Source of the DNA: Amphiscolops sp. MND2022
Taxonomy: Eukaryota
Length of the DNA stretch: 64,000 nt
NCBI GenBank assembly: GCA_964187785.1
Contig: OZ076409.1
Location: forward strand, 78,742,001 to 78,806,000
Direction: 5' to 3'
Made by a program: the position numbers and the translations under genes. The notes under the pieces are model-generated. The model was not told the origin of the DNA. It saw only the letters and a list, made by a program, of their open reading frames with translations, and did not search any database. Shown piece after piece: positions 58,841 through 64,000 of this stretch (position 1 is the stretch's first letter; every line of letters begins with the position of its first letter).

Positions 58841-60021
58841 GTTCAAACTCGCTCTGGTCCACTAAGCTTCACACTTAAGACTTTCAGACAATGCACTTTC
58901 TATGCTTAAAAACACCTAAAATTACCGGTTTTTTGCACCGTGTCAGACCCAGGCTGCCTGAATCCGCTGTAAAAGTTACAGTTAGTGTCCTGTGGGTTTA
59001 CTACGCTTGACAAAACACCGTACACTGCTTTTTCATACTTCTACACCAGTGTACGCCTGTGTTTCTGGGTGCCATTTTGGTCAAAATTCCACTTTTTTGC
59101 AATTTTCTGGTGCTAGACCGGCACTTTTATCACAACCAAAGGCAAAATTACGGCCTTCTGTGCCTCGTACTAGCTTTCTCGAGCCTTGCAGCTGCTTTTT
59201 ACAACACTTTTCACGAAGTTTTCCTGGCTCCGTTGAGCACAAGTGCTCAAAACCACGAAAAACACGAAAAAAAAACGCAAAATCAGGGTTTTTTCACGCA
59301 AGTGCTATCTTTTTCACAGAAAAGCACTTCGTAGGGTGTCGTTACATCTACAACAAAACATTACTGACCTGCACCAACGATTCCCCGTCGAAAAAGGTGC
59401 ATTTTCAAAAATTTCACCGACCATGAGCCATTTGAGCGACGCGTCCGGTCACAGGGGGTGCACCTTCACCACGCTTTTTCTCCACATCCAGACCAGATAG
59501 AGACACGCGGGTTGGACCATTAGCATCGTCTGCAATTGCACTTGCTGTCCACCAAAAACCATACCTCTAGGACGTCTCCACGAGAAATGGGAGTAGGAAG
59601 TAGGCAACACACAATTTGACTCCCCTTTCGCCTCGCTGGTTCATGGTCAGCCATCCACCAGTCACCCTCTTGCATGGCATAAAATGGCTGAAAATAGCTT
59701 GCAAAACCTGTTAAACACCCGTAGCCACGTGCTACGGTCTTCAGCACCTGCAAAAAGACACCCGCTGATGGGCACACAACACATCACACAAAAATATCGA
59801 TTTCCTTCCAAAACACCTAAAAATACCATTTTCGCACCTGAAAACGTGATTTTTTCGGGTTTTCTCTGGTTCAACGCCTCTCCCAGTTCCAGTAGAATGT
59901 CACACGACTAAAAAAGGGCAAAACTCTGCTTCTCTCTCCTTCTTCAGAGTCAAAACGGGCTTGGCGCTGATTACCAGGGGGCCAGATCTTTTAAAAACCG
60001 CTAGGGAAAGCTTCCCAAGAC

Positions 60022-60040
60022 GATCCCTCTGTGGTCGCCA
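60022..60040 (-). promoter_or_regulatory. Primer binding site of element E (tRNA-Arg-like), 15 nt from the LTR
   Basis: TGGCGACCACAGAGGGA resembles the complement of a ...TCCCTTCGTGGTCGCCA tRNA-Arg end. Confidence 0.7.
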
Positions 60041-60055
60041 AAAAATGAGGTTCTA

Positions 60056-60778
60056 TGTAACGATAAGCGCTGGCGCTTGAACCGCAACGTAGAATGGAGG
60101 AACTAGAACAGCGAATATAATCTGGGACCTAGATCTCCGCGGTCCTAGCTCATTTTCCCTCCGAAGGAGCCAGTCCCAAGGTGGGGGAACCGTCTTGTTG
60201 GAAACTCTCTGGCCTGGTCCTAGTCTGTAACTGCTAAAAGTAACGGGCATCTTGCATGTCTCAAGACCACTGCTCAATTAGCCTTTAAAAAGGGGGCTGA
60301 AAACAGGAGGATGTTGAGCCATAGTATTGGAGAATCTGATAAAATCGACATCAAAAATGAGTAACCATAGGTGTAAATGGGCAGCTCTCGAGCATATCAA
60401 TCTACTACAACAAGGAAAGCACAATAAGCACAACAATATCAGAAGTTTGAGTTTTTAGCAGGAGCGAATTGACCATGGCTTCCCAGCGCTAGCGCTCGTC
60501 ACCGCACAGGACGCCGCAGGATCTTCAGGCGAGCATCTGGAACACCGGTTTCTGTTACCTATGTAGTGTAAACGCCAAAGACCAAAGATGGGCACTTCAC
60601 CGTGTTCTAGGGACTGTTTTTTTTACGTCTTCTCTTTTTGTCCTCTCTCGCGGGGGCGATTTCTGATTTCTGATCTGCTTTTTTGACAGGTCTTTCGTCT
60701 GGAGCATGTTTGAGTGCCACGTCAGATTTGAACGAATTTTTGCTTCGAAAATTTTTGACATGGGCAGTTGCCGTTACA
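60056..60778 (-). repeat. 5' LTR of element E
   Basis: Direct repeat of 41866-42588. Confidence 0.96.
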
Positions 60779-62367
60779 CTACTGACATAAAATCAAGTTT
60801 GATAAATTCTCGTTGTAACCGTACTTTGACCAGTGACCACTAACAAGGTCAATTTGCTTGAGTTGTTAACATGCGCGTTTCGCAGTCTTCAATTGTGCAA
60901 AAACCAAAAAGCAAAATGGTGCTTATTGCTCACAAAAATAGCATGCATAGCGAATGACTGATTTGTTCAGTAACAAAGTGAAAACAAGACAAGCTTAAAT
61001 ATGGCTTGAAAATTTCTCAGAAAAATTTGTCAAATTTGGAAATTAAAGAGTCTTCAAAAAGATCGATCCCGTTGAAATACGAAAAACAATTGAATCAGGG
61101 AGAATATATTTGCGATATATAATTCATGTTGCGATATAAAATCATTACAATGAGATCGAGAGGAAAACTTTCAGCGCAGACATTAAGGAGATTTAGATAT
61201 GAAAAATTGTTAAAATTGGATTATGAAAAATTGGTACGATAGCAAGCAATAAACTGACAAATTGAGTATATTTATTTCTCAAAACTATTCTGATTGTATC
61301 CATCAGACACAAATATCACGAGTATACAGTTTCAGTTGCTAGGAAGAATTAGAAGCCATCAAAATGCTTTTCAATGGAGTAAAACACAAGATAGACACAT
61401 TTCTTTTTGATGTGTAACTTGAAATATTTAGTAGCAATTATCAAAGATTTCCAAAACCATATCGGAACGGAAATATTTTTCTCAAACTTTGCAGTCTCAA
61501 TACCTTTATCACAAATCCCAGTTGACTATTGACGGGTTTGAAATGATCTTATTTATTTTTTCTTTAATCTAACTTCTTCATTTTTTGAACAAAGGAACTC
61601 GTTAGAATAGAAAATTTGAAATTTCATCATGAGTCTCAACAAAATAAAAAACTTACAAAACGAGCGAAAGAAGTTGTTTAATCATCGACGATATGAAAGT
61701 AAAACTGAAAGATGTGCTCCAAACAAACGCCAAACGGACAAAAAGGGCTTTTCAGCACGTTATTCAAATTTTCACCCTGAGCACAAGCATTTGCTTCCGT
61801 TTACAACTGGTATTATTGAGCTACTAGATAAAAATGAGTTTCATGCAAAACCATAACAAAACAAGAACAGAAATCAGAGACTCCAGGAAGTTAATCGTTA
61901 GCAATGTTCAGATTTAATTGTTAACTGAAGGTTGCGATAATGTTTTCAAGGTAACAGGGATCAAGTTGAGTCTATGTAGCCGATTGTGGTTCCCTAGGAA
62001 CACCCTTTCACGTTTGTGTGACTGAGGGCTATAGAATCTTATGTCCACATCCAGCGGAATGAATTTACCGGCTACAAACCCGGACGGTGACTTACCTCTC
62101 AGTTGACACAGTGTACAAAATACACCTCGTGTACCGTTAAGATTGTCTGTTTGTCTCTACCTGACATTTGTTCCGATCTCGATTTCTTGCCAAACAACTC
62201 AACCTTTTGCATAAATGTTTAAAAGAGTTTAATGATACTCAGTAGTGGTATTCTATATCCTTATATGTACAGATTTTATACAGAACTGAAAAGTCTAGAG
62301 AATCAAACGCGTTTTTGAGATCAATGAGGACGCGATTCCACAGTCACTTTGTTTCTTTTTAAAAAAA

Positions 62368-62950
62368 AACAAGACGGGAACGTCTAAATTCGGTGCTATT
62401 TCCAAGGCTCAAAAAGTGCAAAGTTTTTAAAATTGTAAAAGGGGTACATTTTTGGCTTTTTGGAAATCCAGTTTATTACAAAATGTTCTTAAAAAATTGA
62501 AGGGGCCCAACGAAAACATTACAAAATTTTCGAAAAAAAAAAACAAATTAGAATTTTGAACGGTCTCATAGTGCCAAAAAATGTAAACGGGCCCTTTAGG
62601 CTTTTGCAACACTCATTCAAAAGCGAAATACCAAAAAAATTGAAGGGGTCTCTTCGGAGACATTAAAAATTTTCGCAAAAAAAGTCTCACAAAGCCGAAA
62701 AAGCGGCGAAAAGTCTCATAGTGCCAACAAATTGCAAAGGGACACCGTTCTGCTTTGCAATGGTTCTGTATTTCATGTTAGAGGCATTGGATGTGTTCAA
62801 AACCAAGTACTATGTACTTTTGGTTAAAGTGCACAGTGCACGAAAAGTGGTACCTACAGGGTGAGATCTGTGGTCTACCGAAAAAATAAAGAAAAAAATT
62901 AGCCACTGTAATAGTCGGGCAATTCTCACTAGAAAAGCGCCGATTAAAAA
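62368..62950 (-). mobile_element. HINE/DINE-1-like non-autonomous element
   Basis: Same termini as 36796-37313 (AACAAGACGGGAACGTC...; CACTGTAA.AGTCGGGC...GAAAAGCGCCGA). Confidence 0.6.
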
Positions 62951-63089
62951 GAACATACGCCACACGTCAAAACATTTTGGACGAAGTCACAACACTGCAT
63001 TATTGGAATTGATTGCTCGCTCCTATACATAGTTCCTATACATAGATTAGTTTGGTTAAACGTTTAGAAAACGCACTCCAAAGAGATGG

Positions 63090-63890
63090 TAAATCTTGTT
63101 GAATAAAATTCCATGAGTGGACAGTTTTATTGGAAAACTAGCACTAGATTTCGGTTTGAGTAAATCAACTGTTGCCTTTTTGGCAAAAACAAATCATGGC
63201 GTCAAGCATGGAACTCAGCGGCCACACAGCATTATTACGAAAGTGCATGAGAAGAAGGAAACGAGAAGTTGCACGGTTCAAGCAACATCAAGAAAAAGTT
63301 ACATCAAGAAACATTGAAACCAAACTACATTGTGGAAGCTGCTAGAGGAACAATATAGCAGACACTGAAGCGCCATAGTTTTTTCTACAAAAAAGACAAA
63401 AAATGCCACAAAAAGACAATGATACTAACGGTAAATCAAAACAAGATTGTGTATAAATATGCACTCACTGAATTTGAAAGATCAATTGGAATTTTTTTTT
63501 CACTGACAAAAAGAAACTTGTCTTAAACGGGCCGGATAATTGGAGAATCATACAGCAAGAGCAGTTTAGAAAATCTCCGAAATTCCAGGAAAAAAAGACA
63601 AGCTGGAAGTAATGGTTTGCTGTTTTTTATTGGGGCATAATTCTTTCAAATGGCATGCTTTTCCTGGGAAAAGTTTCAAGCCGGAGGAAATCTATGGCGT
63701 ACCAGTGAACTTTATCTGGTCTTGCGGTGATGGCAATAAGGGATATCATCGGTAATGATTTTGTTCTCCAACAGGACAATTGTGGTATTTAGTTTGCTCA
63801 GTCCACAATGGAATTTCGGAAAATCGTGGAACTGATTTCCTTAAATGGCACAGTAGAAGCTTTGATTTAAATATCATGGAGAATGAAGAA
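63090..63890 (+). pseudogene. Tc1/Tc3-like DDE transposase remnant
   Basis: Broken frames give FTDKKK..LNGPD (cf. FSDEKKFNLDGPD), FVLQQDN and WHSRSFDLNIMEN (cf. WPSxSPDLNPIEN). Confidence 0.75.
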
Positions 63891-64000
63891 AGAGAACATC
63901 GTGTCGAAAAAGAGGTTGTGGACATAAATTTGAGTTGTTCCGATTAATGGGTTAAGTTACTCGACTCTCTGCCAGTTCGTAATAATGGGAAACAAGGTAT

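Larger units (their letters stand above)
41866..60778 (-). mobile_element. Young 18.9-kb Ty3/gypsy LTR retrotransposon E with a large extra ORF
   Basis: Two 723-bp LTRs (TGTAACG...CGTTACA) with no mismatch seen, PBS, intact single-frame gag-pol, 19-bp flanking direct repeat. Confidence 0.97.

Overview
AT-rich eukaryotic (apparently invertebrate metazoan) DNA with no recognisable host gene. About 49 kb of the 64 kb is Ty3/gypsy-type LTR retrotransposon. (A) The 3' tail of an element at 1-854. (B) A decayed + strand element at 3060-9073 (TSD ACCCC, tRNA-Ser-like PBS). (C) A decayed CsRn1-like - strand element at 9225-16253 (tRNA-Trp PBS, CHCC gag, integrase fused to an ING-type PHD finger), whose gag is interrupted by a 2.1-kb solo LTR (13411-15505, TSD GGTAG). 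(D) A young 16.3-kb - strand element at 17313-33575 (1521-bp LTRs, TSD TGGTC, intact gag and pol with a UUUAAAC slippery site). (E) A young 18.9-kb - strand element at 41866-60778 (723-bp LTRs, a 19-bp flanking duplication, a 3148-aa gag-pol with tandem protease domains and a C-terminal macro-like domain, plus a large extra ORF with an SGNH-like fold). The best candidate for an undescribed system is in D. It carries an antisense six-exon gene (21286-25638/25843) that looks like a catalytically dead hAT-transposase derivative with a BED-like zinc finger. It also carries a divergently transcribed extra ORF and three arrays of a CCGCATA dyad with 10-bp spacing. A related solo LTR has its own, different 10-bp dyad (GGCC-N6-GGCC), which suggests family-specific protein/DNA-motif pairs. 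The remainder is MITEs, HINE/DINE-like repeats and a Tc1/Tc3 remnant. All domain calls are by-eye motif recognition, not database results.
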